Below are positions 13,871 to 26,237 of a stretch of DNA of 64,000 bases, in pieces. The notes beneath the pieces were generated by a model that was given only the letters and a program-made list of their open reading frames with translations, was not told the origin of the DNA and did no database searches. Position 1 is the stretch's first letter, and every line of letters begins with the position of its first letter. The stretch spans positions 46,190,001 to 46,254,000 of the forward strand of contig OX597833.1 in assembly GCA_951406725.2 (NCBI GenBank). The letters run 5' to 3'. The position numbers and the translations under genes were made by a program. Source of the stretch: Octopus vulgaris (taxonomy: Eukaryota).

Positions 13871-14451
13871 TATACAAAAAAAAAAGAGAAAAGATACTGG
13901 AATGAAAACATTTGACCTCGAAGGAATTTGATCTCAGAACGTAAACGGTCGTAGCAAAAATGCCATACCGCATTTTGTCTGACGCGCTACCGATTCTACC
14001 AAGCCAACGCCTTGCGCCATTTGCTCCTAGTAACACGTCGTCTTTCATTTTGTTACGGTGAGAAATGCCTTTGAAGGCATAAATGTAAAGAAAAAATATT
14101 TACTGTGACCAAATGAAAGGAAAAATTGTATTGCCAAAAAATATTCACATTGTCATTGTATATTTTCAAAGTTGTAGAAAAGGAAGTATTTAATTTTTCT
14201 CACGCAAAAATATTTACTTGAATTAAGACGCAACTTATATATTTGTTTAAATGGAACGTAATTTATTATTAAAGCCAATATCATCGGCAAAGGAAGAGAA
14301 AATAAATCACGCTACTTAAAACCAGGTTTTAAATGACCTTTTGAAGTTGCGCTAAGTTCTCATATTTGATTTTATGCATAGGGTACATACTATAAATTAA
14401 AAGGGTTGGGGAACAATCGATTATACCCGTCGGTACTTACTTATTTAGTGA

Positions 14452-14740
14452 AGGCGTATGGTTCAGTGGTTAGGGGCGTCATGCATACAATCAGGGAGTT
14501 GTGCGTTCGATTCTTGTTCAAAATACTTTGTATCATGTCGCTCCAGTTCCCTCAGCTGTAGAAATGAGTTGCGACATCATTGGAGCCAAGCTGTATCGGC
14601 CTTTCCCTTGAACAACATCGGTGGCGTGGAGAGAGTAGACTAGTGTGCACGGACGACTCCACAAATAATATTACTGAACTTGTGCCTCGGAGGGGAACAT
14701 TCTCGGTGCAATCCCACGGTCATTCGTAAGGGGTCTTTCT
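14452..14740 (+). mobile_element. Diverged tRNA-headed SINE related to family C
   Basis: A-box TGGTTCAGTGG, B-box GTTCGATTCT, then GCTCCAGTTCCCTCAGCTGTAGAAATGAGT as in family C; different 3' part. Confidence 0.6.
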
Positions 14741-14779
14741 TTATTTTATTGATCCAGGAAGAATAAAAACAGAAAACGA

Positions 14780-15291
14780 GTCTCTTTTACTCTTTTATTC
14801 GTTTCATTCATTTGTCTGCGGCCATACTAGAGCACCGCCTTTAGTCGAACAAATCAACCCCAGAACTGGTGTGTTTACGCCCCCGTAACTTAGCAGTTTT
14901 GGCAAAAGAGACCAATAGAATAAGTACTAGGCTTACAAAGAATAAGTCCTGGGGTCGATTTGCTCGACTAAAGGCGGTGCTCCAGCATGGCCACAGTCAA
15001 ATGACTGAAACAAGTAAAACCTAATACTTATTCTATCGGTTCTCTTTTGCCGAACCGTTAAGTTACGGGAGCGTAAACACACCAGTATCGGTTGTCAAGC
15101 AATGGTGGGGCAACAAACACACACACTCACATATACTACGGTCTGCTTTCTGTTTCCGTCTACCAAATCCATTCACAAGGCTTTTGTCGGCCCGAGGCTA
15201 TAGCAGAAGACACTTATTCAAGGTGCCATGCAGTGGGACTGAACCCGTAACTACGTGGTTGGTAAGCAAGCTACTTACCACACAGCCACTC
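14780..15291 (-). mobile_element. SINE family A with a nested opposite-strand 3' half of family A (14864-15019)
   Basis: Minus-strand tail, then plus-strand 3' half, then the rest of the minus-strand copy ending in CACAGCCACTC. Confidence 0.85.
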
Positions 15292-15686
15292 TGTAAAATC
15301 TGATCGCATGTCGCAGATGGTCGTAATTATATAACGGTTAAACAGTGTCCTAAGGACTAGCGGTTCTAGCGATTCTCTGGCACCGTCATAAATTGCGATA
15401 CAAAAAGACTATTTTACACAACAGACAATTTGATTCCCAGTTTTTTCTTATGAAGTTCGGTGCATTGGCAGAATCGGAATTTCGATGGAGAAAATATTTT
15501 GCGTTTTTCAATAGCGCACCATTACGTTCTGGATTCAAATCTTGCTGTGATCGACTCCGCTTTTCCTCCTATAGGGACGATAAGAAATAAGTATAGGGAC
15601 CGATATAATCGATTGCTCAAATTTCACGAATTTCTATCTTTATGTGTTTTTTCTCTCTCTATTTTGAACAATTAATTATCTATAAC

Positions 15687-16094
15687 AGGCGCAGGAGTGG
15701 CTGTGTGGTAAGTAGCTTGCATACCAGCCACATGGTTCCGGGTTCATTCCCACTGTGTGGCATCTTGGGCAAGTGTCTTCTACTATAGCCTCGGGCCGAT
15801 TAAAGTCTTGTGAGTGGATTTGGTAGACGGAAACTGAAAGAAGCTTGTCGTATATATGTATATATGTATGTGTGTGTGTGTGTGTTTATGTGTTTCTGTT
15901 TGTTCCACCAACATCGCTTGACAACCGATGCTGGTGTGTTTATGTCCCCGTAACCTAGCGTTTCGGCAAAAGAGACCGATAGAATAAGTACCAGGTTTAC
16001 AAAGAATAAATCCTGGGGTCGATTTGCTCGACTAAAGGCAGTGCTCCAGCATGGCCACAGTCAAATGACTGAAACAAGTAAAAGAGTGAAAGAG
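15687..16094 (+). mobile_element. SINE family A, full length
   Basis: Head GGCGCAGGAGTGGCTGTGTGG (A-box), GGTTCATTCCC (B-box), CORE-like CTTGGGCAAGTG, central (TA)/(TG) tract, 3' hairpin CAGTCA-AA-TGACTG and (GTAAAAGA)n tail. Confidence 0.92.
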
Positions 16095-16135
16095 TATCTG
16101 TGTGTGTGTGTGTGTGTGTGTGAGTGTGTGTGTGC

Positions 16136-16204
<69 letters not shown>

Positions 16205-16808
16205 TGTGTGTCTCCCACTACCGCTTAACAACCAGTGTTGGTGTGTTTACGTCCCAGTTCGGCAAAACAGAACAATATAATAAGTAACAGGCTTTAGAAA
16301 ACAGTATTTATGTCGGCTCGATCTGCTAAAATTCTTCAAGGTGGTGCCCCTGCATGACCGCATTCTAAAGACTGAAGGAAGTAAAAGACGAAAGATATAT
16401 GTTAAATATCGAATATCCGGTCATCAAATAGAACATATTCGAGCTCACATGCGAGAAATAAGCAAGAGTTCCTATATGAGAAACTAAAGTTCAAACATCC
16501 GTAGCAACACACCAGGACAATTTCACAATACTCAGTAAAGTGACGTAACAGACAGGACTGTCCTGGGAAAACCCGGATGGACATGTCTAGCAAGCCTTTG
16601 AATTGTATGTCTATTCAATTAGTGCTGGCGTGTGGCTGCAGCTTATTTCATTATCTTTAAAAATAGCCCCACACAATGGATTGATTCAAAAGTTTTAAGA
16701 GGAAATAGTAGTGAAAACAACGTGGAAACAATATGCGTACACGTCACCATTACCGAGACGCACAGTTATAATTAAACAGTTAAAGCTGTCATTATGAGTG
16801 CTTAGCTG

Positions 16809-17255
16809 AGGCGGCGAGCTGGCAGAAACCGTAAGCACGCCGGGCGAAATGCATAACGGTATTTTGTCTGCCGCTACGTTCTGAGTTCAAATTCCGCCGA
16901 GGTCGACTTTGCCTTTCATCCTTTTGGTAATTGATAATAATAAGTACCAGTTGAACACTAGGGGTCGATGTAATCGACTTAACTCCTTCTCCAAAATAGC
17001 TGCCCTTGTGGCAAAATTTTGAAAACCATTATGTGTGCTTAGCTGAGGCGACGAAATGGCAGAATCGTTTGAACGCTGGGAAAAATGCATAGCGGTATTT
17101 CGTCCGACTTTACGTTCTGAGTTCAAATTCCGCCGAGGTCGCCTTTGTTTCATCCTTTTTCAGGTCTATAAATTAAGTATCAGTGAAACACTGGGTTCGA
17201 TGTAATCGACTAGTCCCCACTACCCCAAAATTTCAGCTCTGCTTATAATAGAAAG
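16809..17255 (+). mobile_element. Two head-to-tail SINE family B copies
   Basis: Each starts AGGCG and is preceded by CATTATG(A/T)GTGCTTAGCTG; B-box GAGTTCAAATTCC; core GCCTTTCATCCTTT..AAGTACCAG. Confidence 0.85.
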
Positions 17256-17269
17256 GGTCATTAATGGGT

Positions 17270-17625
17270 GTAGGCGTGGTTGTGTGGTAAGAAGCTTGCT
17301 TCTCAATCACATAGTTCCAGGCTCAGTGGTACCTTGGGCAAGTGTCTTCTACTATAGCCTCGGGTTGACCAAAGCTTTGTGAGTGGATTTGGTAGGCGGA
17401 AACTGAAAGAAACATGTTGTGTGTATATGTTTGTGTGTATGTGTGTGCGTGTGTGAGTGTGTCTGTGTTTGTCACCCACCACCACTTGACAACTGATGTT
17501 GGCATGTTTATGTCCTCGTAACTCAGTAGTTCCGCAAAACAGACAGATATGATAAGTACTTTGGTCGATTCACTCGACTATGGTGATGCACCAAAATGGT
17601 GCAATCTAATGACTGAAACTAGTTA
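17270..17625 (+). mobile_element. SINE family A, older diverged copy
   Basis: Head, core and tail recognisable with substitutions. Confidence 0.8.
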
Positions 17626-18286
17626 AAGTTAAAAGAAAATAGTTTTGTGCAAATAATTATTAAATTTAAAATTTTATAATTTATTTAGAAGAATAAAATA
17701 TCGTTAAAGCGAAGTATCGTTAAGCGGGTTATTGTTAAGCGGAATAATCGTTAAGTGATAGATCGTTAAGCGGGAGATCGTTGAGCGATGTATTGCGTTA
17801 TTCAGGGGTATTGTCTTGATTTTGCTTTACAGAATCGTTAGAAAAACGGATAAGATACCTTTCCGAATGTAGTTGTGTGCCTTTTAGTTCTGAGTCCAAA
17901 TCCCACGGTAATGAGACTTTACCTTTCAGTTGTCTAGGGAAGGTAAAATAAAGTACTAGTAAAGTACTGGGTGGTCAATATAATCAGGTGTTAAGGCGGC
18001 GTTACCGCGACAGGTAAAATGCTAAGAGGTATTTCGTCCGTCTTTACGTTCTGAGTTCTAATTCCGCTGAGATCGACTTTGCTTCCATCATTTCGGAGTC
18101 AATAAAATAAGTATCAGTTGAAGATCGGAAATGGGGAGGGGTCGATGTAATCGACTTAACCTCCTGAAATTGCTAGCCTTGTGTCATAACGCGGAACCAA
18201 TATAACCAAGTGCTCCTCATCACCACAAATTACCCGGCCTTGTGTAATAAATCCTTATATTACACACGGAGAAAGAGACAAGAGTA

Positions 18287-18289
18287 TGG

Positions 18290-18372
<83 letters not shown>

Positions 18373-18389
18373 AGAAAGAAAGAAAGAAA
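18287..18389. repeat. (GAAA)n microsatellite
   Basis: Direct reading. Confidence 0.95.
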
Positions 18390-18552
18390 GTGGGTAAGGA
18401 GGGAAAGAGAAGGAACGAGTCTACAACCAAGTAAACCGAACATCTAAATGGCCTAAACTGTTCGACCTGTTAGAAATAGCAGTGAAATCGTGTTCAAATC
18501 GTATCCTGCTAGATTAACAAGGAAAGGTTAAACATTGGATAATGTTCTACAC

Positions 18553-18762
18553 TGATAGATCGCTTGTCACTACACATTCTTTATTTTCTCTCCTTGTTTC
18601 TTTCTGTATTCCTTTCTGTTGAAGAGCGTAGGCTCGAAACGTTAAAGACTTTTTCACTTCCCGAGCGTTAAACTAATACATTTGTTTGTTGTCTACACCA
18701 CTTGTCTTCGTCTATCTTTTATTTTATTCTATTTATTATTTTTTTTTCTTTTGTAAATTCTC
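18553..18762 (+). mobile_element. Short Penelope-like element with a hammerhead-like motif at 18612-18647
   Basis: CTTT-CTGTTGA-A-GAGC-GTAG-GCTC-GAAA-CGTT-AAAG; homologous to 2974-3160. Confidence 0.6.
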
Positions 18763-18768
18763 ATATAT

Positions 18769-19016
18769 GTTAGTTAGTTAGTTAGTTAGTTAATTTGGCT
18801 CAAAAGCAAATAGCAAGGCCATGTAGGGGGACATGGAGTTAAGTACAGGGTGGTGTTCATGTAAAGAGTTCAGGCCACTTGAGGTCCAGGGAGGCTTTGA
18901 ACAAAGCGGTCGTCGGCATCTTCACCATCTCGTCTGGCAGCTTGTTCCACGGATCCGCAACCCGGACGGAGAAAGCTCCTCTCCTTCGATTGAGATGAAA
19001 TCGTCGCAGGTAGAGC

Positions 19017-19018
<2 letters not shown>
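18769..19018 (-). mobile_element. CR1-clade LINE 3' fragment, second copy
   Basis: Identical by eye to 9815-10068 apart from tail length; lies in a (TA)n tract. Confidence 0.85.
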
Positions 19019-19063
<45 letters not shown>

Positions 19064-19254
19064 TGCGAGTCAATATGGGCTCCCTTGACAATGTAAACTT
19101 CTTTTGGTTTAGGTATCTTTGGCCCGACGAGTATCAAGCGGATTACCCCTTGTTTGGATAATTACTACTTCCGGGGTTCTGCTAGTGTATGAAACATGTA
19201 ACCTGGATTTTTTTTTCTCTGTTCCCTAATTTGTTTCCTTATAACTTAAATAAT

Positions 19255-19590
19255 TTAGATTGGTTTCGGTCATTATGGGACCAGGCTATAACTCAATAGC
19301 ACCATGGACCACTCAAGCAGAGAGTTGTTGATGGCTGAGATATATCCAAGTGTAGGTGGTTTATCCGGTATTTCCGGGAGAAATTTGTCCATGTACCGTT
19401 TGAAGGTTGTGGGATCTTTTTCTACTTTAATTTCTTTCGGTATAACATTGAAAAGAGCAGGGCCATTTGCAGTGAAGAAATTATGTCGCAATGTTCTTAT
19501 GTGATGTGATCTCGACCTTTATAGGGGACGCATTGCACGGGACGGTTGTTTTGGGTGAATTGTAAACATAATATCGATATCATTTGGATA
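19255..19590 (-). mobile_element. LINE (CR1/L2 group) ORF2 C-terminal fragment, a different family
   Basis: LRHNFFTANGPALFNVIPKEIK..FKRYMDKFLPEIPDKPPTLGY resembles the post-RT C-terminus of invertebrate CR1-like LINEs. Confidence 0.75.
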
Positions 19591-20024
19591 ATTAAATATT
19601 GTCCCGAAACTTTGTCTCAAGGCGAGCAATTTCGACAGAGAGGTTAAGTCGATTACATTGACCCCTAGTGATCAACTGGCACTTATTTTATCGACCCCAA
19701 AAGAATGAAAGGCAATGTCAATCTCAGCGGAATTTGAACTCAGGGCGTATGACGGAAGAAATGCCGCGAAGCATTTTACGCGGTAGCAGTAACGATTCTG
19801 TCAACTTGAACTCAATATCACATAATGAAATTTTCTTTTCTCTTCACTGTGTCTTGGTTAAGACTAAATTTTATGATCATGTGATCCAACCTTTACATTT
19901 GTTTAAAAGTGAAAATTGTTTTCAGTGTGAGAAATAGTTACTGCTCTCTATTATTCTTTTCAGCTTTTCTTCACGATATAAACATGGGTGTGTATTTAGA
20001 AAAATACCGCGCGCAGGTGTATAT

Positions 20025-20115
<91 letters not shown>

Positions 20116-20231
20116 CCCATGTGTGTCTGTGTATGTGTGTATGTATGTATATATGTATGATGTATGTATGTGTATATATATATGTACGTATGAATGAATG
20201 TATGTATTTGTAAACATACATAGATGCATGC

Positions 20232-20279
<48 letters not shown>

Positions 20280-21070
20280 GTATGAGTGTGTGTATGTATA
20301 TGTGTGTGCATGTATTTGCATATAGAACACGTTAGCGTTAAGGAATGTTGATAATATATAATAGTATGACTAATTATTATATTTTAAGAAATTTATAGTT
20401 TTTCTCAGAACTGAGGTGTCGTAATATAAAACATTTTTCTTATATGAGTCCAGAATTAAGTTTCGAGTTCGTTCGGTGATTCAACAAGTATCTAAAATTG
20501 CATGTCCAAACTGAGAGTGGGAGCCGCTACGACCCCCGTATGATCTGCTAGAAATAATAGCCAATTACCTTTGCAATCACAATTAGGTGGTGGATTAGAA
20601 GAATCGTTAGCACGCTATTTAGGGCCCGCCCTTTTACGTTCTGGGAATCGATTTTGCTTCTGGGTATTGATTTTGCTTTACAGAATCATTAGATAGACGG
20701 ATAAATTGCCTTTCCCAATTTAGTTGTGTGCCTTCTAGTTCTGAATTCAAATCTCACGGCGATGAACTTTACCTTTCAGGAAGGATAAGTACTAGTAAAG
20801 TACTGGTTGGTCAATATAATTAGGTGACTTTGTCCTATTCAGATTTTATAAAATAGAATGACGATCTAATAGTTCGGTTCGGTTTTAAGTTTTCTCCTGG
20901 CGGCTGTGAATGGAATCGTAAGAACCAAAATATTCTGTATATCTTTCGCACACACGCACACATATACCTCCCGACACACACACATACAAAGACGCGCACA
21001 GACACACACATGATTACATTCATATATACATATACACGTGCACATATACATAATACATATACATATATTT

Positions 21071-21491
21071 AGGCGCAGGAGTGGCTGTGGGGTAAATAGC
21101 TTGCTTACCAACCACATCGTTCCGGGTTCAGTCCCACTGCGTGACACTCTGGGCAAGTGTCTTCTGCTATAACCTCGGGCCGACCAAAGCCTTGTGAGTG
21201 GATTTGGTAGACGGAAACTGAAAAGAATCCCGTCGTGTATATGTATATGTATGTATGTGTGTATGTGTGTATTTATGTGTCTGTGTTTGTCCCCCCCCCC
21301 CCCCACCAACATCGCTTGACAACCGATGCTGGTGTGTTTAAGTCCCCGTAACTTAACGGTTCGGCAAAAGAGACCAATAGAATAAGTACCAGGCTTCCAA
21401 AGAATAAGTCCTGGGGTCGAATTGCTCGACTAAAGGCGGTGCTCCAGCATGGACACAGTCAAATGACTGAAACATGTAGAAGAGTAAAAGA
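21071..21491 (+). mobile_element. SINE family A, full length
   Basis: Complete head, core and tail. Confidence 0.92.
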
Positions 21492-21503
21492 ATATATATG
21501 TAT

Positions 21504-21537
<34 letters not shown>

Positions 21538-21821
21538 TGTATGTATGTATGTATGTATGTATGTATGTATGTATGTACGTAGGTATGTACGTATGTATGT
21601 ATGCATTTATATACACACATACACACAAACAGACATATGACACACACATATATGCATAGACGCAGGCGTAGATGTGTGATAAGACGCTTGCTTCCTAACC
21701 GCATGGCTCCGAGTTCAGTCCCACTGCATGGCACCTTGGACAAGAGTCTTCTACTATAGCCTCAGGCTGACCATAGCCTTGTGAGTGGATTTGGTGGACA
21801 GAAACTAAACTAAAAAAAAAA

Positions 21822-23160
21822 AACCCTTTGAACGCACTTTCAGTATCGGCTTGATTTTTGAACTCCTTCTCTCGCAGTAAACCATCAAGGTGCTTGAAAA
21901 AGTGGTAGTCGGTAGGAGAAAGGGCTGGAGAATAAGCTGGATGGGGAAGAATTTTGTAGCGAAGTTCCCTCAACTTCTGGAGCGTCATTAGTGAAACGTG
22001 TGGTTGAGTATTGTCATGAAGAATGACTGGCCCTCTATTGGGAAGGAGGAGTAGCAGTTTTCCCTTCATTTTGGCAATTCCATGGCAATATGTTTCTGCA
22101 GTAATGGTTTTTCTGGGTTTTAAGAAGTTATAGAGGATGAGTCCAGCAGTACTCTCTTTATTCTCTTTTACTCTTTTACTTGTTTCAGTCATTTGACTGC
22201 GGCCATGCTGGAGCACCGCCTTTAGACGAGCAAATCGACCCCAGGACTTATTCTTTTGTAAGCCCAGTACTTATTCTATCGGTCTCTTTTGCCGAACCGC
22301 TAAGTTACGGGGACGTAAACACACCAGCATCGGTTGTCAAGCAATGCTAGGGGGACAAACACAGACACACAAACATATACACACACATACATATATACAT
22401 ATATACGACAGACTTCTTTCAGTTTCCGTCTACCAAATCCACTCACAAGGCATTGGTCGGCCCGAGGCTATAGCAGAAGACACTTGCCCAAGATGCCACG
22501 CAGTAGCACTGAACCCGGAACCATGTGGTTGGTAAGCAAGCTACTTACCACACAGCCACTCCTGCGCCACCAAACAGTTACCATAACCTTCTTTATGAAA
22601 AGCTCGGGTTTAAAGATGGTTTTCGGTGTTTCATTTTGCTCCAGCCACTGCATTGAAGGTTTCTTATTATTCTACAGAATTCACTGTTCGTCGCAAGTTA
22701 CAATACAGTCGAGAAATGGATCGGTCTGGCTACGGAGAAGAAGCGATGAGCAAATTTCATATCTGCGCCTTTTCTCATTTTCATTTAAATTGTGTGGTAC
22801 CCATTTGTCGAGATCTTTTGATTTTCCGATCGCATGCAAATTGTTGCAGGCAATTTTCTGGCTAAGTTCTTTTGCCAGTTCTAGAGTAGTTTTACCTGGA
22901 TCTTTCTCAATGACGGTCTTTCTCTAATGATGGTCTCAATGACGGTCTTTAATCGATAACAGGTGAACCTCTACTACGCTCACAAGCTTCAAGGTTCAGG
23001 GCTATACTGCGTAATCGTTTAGACCATTTTCGAACTGACCACTCACTGGTCATTTTCTCACCAAACGTTTCGTTGATATCGCGAGCAGTTTCAGCTGCTT
23101 TACGTCCATTTTTGAAGCCGAATAGCAAAATTGCTCGAATATCGCGCTGTGACAGTTCCG
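21822..23160 (-). pseudogene. Mariner DD34D transposase pseudogene (Hsmar1/SETMAR-like), split by a SINE A
   Basis: WVPHNL, VTCDE, KKVMVTVWW|STAGLILY, ILHDN-34 aa-SPTDYHFFKHL (34 residues counted between the aspartates); stops and frameshifts; TIRs not found. Confidence 0.9.
22152..22568 (-). mobile_element. SINE family A, full length, inserted in the mariner ORF
   Basis: Near-consensus copy; removing it restores VWW-STAG. Confidence 0.92.
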
Positions 23161-23530
23161 TTTCAGATTATTGTAACAACAGTGAAAAAATATCAGTGTT
23201 AATTTACTGATGCTTTTGGGCAAGTCTATGTCTGTATTATCAGACAATTGCAAAAAAAAAATAAAAAATAAAAAATGTTAAAAAAAATTCAAAACTCTGC
23301 AAAAATCCGCTACAAATTCTTCGTGGTTCAAAATGTTGCTTATTTTTTACTCAGTCTGATATTTCTTTCAAGGGCACAGCCTAAGACAGCTTTTGTAACA
23401 TGATAGGAAGAATTCACGAGACGAACATACATACGTACATGTACATACACATAAACAGACAGATAGAAAGACAGATATACAAAGAAAGAGAATGAGAGAG
23501 AGAGAGACAGAGACAGACAGAGAGACAGAC

Positions 23531-23577
<47 letters not shown>

Positions 23578-25436
23578 GGCATTCAGACAGACAGACTTAT
23601 AGGCTGGCAGACAGATAGGCACTTAATGACCAGATAAACTGAGAAATCTATATGAATTCCAAGAAAATGTGTGTGCATGATAGTGCATGTGTGTGTGCGT
23701 GTATGTATGTGTGTGTGTATGTGTGTGTGTGTGTTTAAATAGATAGCAAATAAGTGTTTACTTTCTGATTACTTGACACCTTAAGTAATCAGAAATGAGC
23801 AAATTATCTGTGAAAAAAAAAAACATACAAACTCGCGCGCACATATTTTTCTCCTCCCACCACTCTCCCCCTCTCTCTCTCTGTCTTACTTTCTCAAGCA
23901 TATTTCTATCTGTCTCACACCTCCCGACTCCCTTCTCTCACACACACTCCAACTCACTCTCACACTACACCCTTTACTCTCTCCCTCTCTCTCTCTCTCT
24001 GACATACTTATTACTCCCTCCTTCCTATTTCTCTAGTCGGTAACCTTTCTTTCCTTGTATATCTATCTTCGTCCACCCTATCTCGCTTTCGTAACGAGAC
24101 TCAACGAGAGTGCAAGTGCATTATTTATTTATTCATTTAAAGAAATTAATTGTTCGGCTGGGGTTTGGCCGCTTGATGGTAAAGAGTATTTACCCCGTAA
24201 TGCTATCGCCAACAAATCACCAACACAATGGCGCCAACGGAAGAGCAGTTCTATAACCACTCGACCTGTTAGAAATAGCAGAAAAGGACACTTTGAGTAA
24301 TACGGCTGTTGGTCATTGTTGTGGCTGTTGTTTTCGTTACTGTTGTTGTTAAGCCCTCGGTCGGCCACGAAAAAGCAGACAAACCTTATCATTAACAAAA
24401 ATGTTAATGTCGGTCGCCGTCGTCTTCGTTGTCATCTCCGTCGTCGTCTTTGTCGTCTAACCCTAACACTAATGCTTACCTTCACTCCCACGCAGCAACA
24501 GTAGTAGTAGTAGTAGTAGTAGTAGTAGCAATAGTAGTAGTAGTAGTAATTGACGTAAAAAAATGTGTTTATCAATCGGACTCCATATGAGAGGACGATC
24601 CATCATTTTATGCGTTCCATGGATGCGTGGCGTTAAAAAATATTTTTGCCTTTCCTTTATTTATTTATTGGTTTGTTTGTTTATTTATTTGTTGGTTTGT
24701 TTATTGAATTTTTTTTTTAGTTTCACTATCGTAATGATTCGCTTCAATGTAAAACGTTTGCAGAGATATTGTCAGGGCTGTCAAGGCGGACGAAACTCTA
24801 GCAATAAAGCCGTGTGCGGTGGTCGGGTCTATCTTGATTCCGCTTCAGGAATTCGCGCGCGCGCACACACACGTCGTATATATATACACACACTTACGCA
24901 AACACATATATGCACACATACACAAACACACACACACATGCATAGACATCACACATACACACACATACACTCACACACACACACACGTACACTTACAAAC
25001 ACGCATATACACTCAGACAAACATACGACACACACATATACTCACACACAAACACGCACAAACATGCATACACGCATACACACACACACAAATACACATA
25101 TATACATTCACAAACGCGCACACACATCATACATACACACGCACACATACGCACATACGCACACGCACACACGCACACACACGCACGCACGCACACACGC
25201 ACACACGCATATATATATTATAGGCGCAGATATGGCTATATGATAAGAAGTTTGCTTCCCAACCATGTGGCTCAGGGCTTGGTTCCACAGCATAACACCG
25301 TGGATAAATGCCTTCTATTATAGCCTCGAACCGGACAAAGCTGTGTGAATGGACTTGGTTGACAGAAACTGAAAGAAACCAGGCGTATATATATATATAT
25401 GTGTGTGTGTGTATGTGTGTGTGTGTGTGTATATAT

Positions 25437-25784
25437 GCAACTAGGATATCCAGAGGTAATGCAGTACGATCGTTTCCTGCAGCTCCATTTAATTAAACAA
25501 TGCAATCATTACATCAATTTAAAATGTAAACCAATCTTCAGCGGCACAAAGACATAGAATTTAACTGTTGTAGGTACAACACGTTCTTTGTCTATCTCCT
25601 TAATTTCTTGGAAATTTTTGGTATAATTATACTAATGTGTCCAACAGTTCTAATTTAATTAAATTTTATGTCTTTGTGCAACTGAAGATTGTTCTACATT
25701 ATAAATTGGTGTAATTTGCAATGTTCAATTAAATGGAGTCACATGAAACGATCGTACAGCATTACCTCTGGATATCCTTGTTGC
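25437..25784. mobile_element. MITE/foldback element with ~130-bp TIRs
   Basis: GCAACTAGGATATCCAGAGGTAATGCAGTACGATCGTTTC.. versus ..GAAACGATCGTACAGCATTACCTCTGGATATCCTTGTTGC; TSD unclear. Confidence 0.8.
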
Positions 25785-25887
25785 TTATTTTGATTTTAAT
25801 CACCTTATTTTGAAATTGTATGAATAACACCGTACCAAATTCTGGTGCCTCAACCTAAGTACCATATACATCTGAATCTCTCTCTCT

Positions 25888-25966
<79 letters not shown>

Positions 25967-26237
25967 TATATAGGTACAGAACGTCACAAAACGTAAACAA
26001 AATGAAATACGAATACAAACATGGGTATGCGAACAACAAGAGAAACAAATGGAAAACAAGACAAGTAACATAAAGAACGAGCCTTCATCAGTTGTCGGCT
26101 GTCCACCTTATGCTCAAGCATGGCCGCAATAAAATAACTGAAACAAGTAAAAGATAAACGATAATGTATGTTGTGCAAGTGAATATGTGTTTTAATACTG
26201 CGCACACATTTAATATATTTAATGTATTTGATATGTA

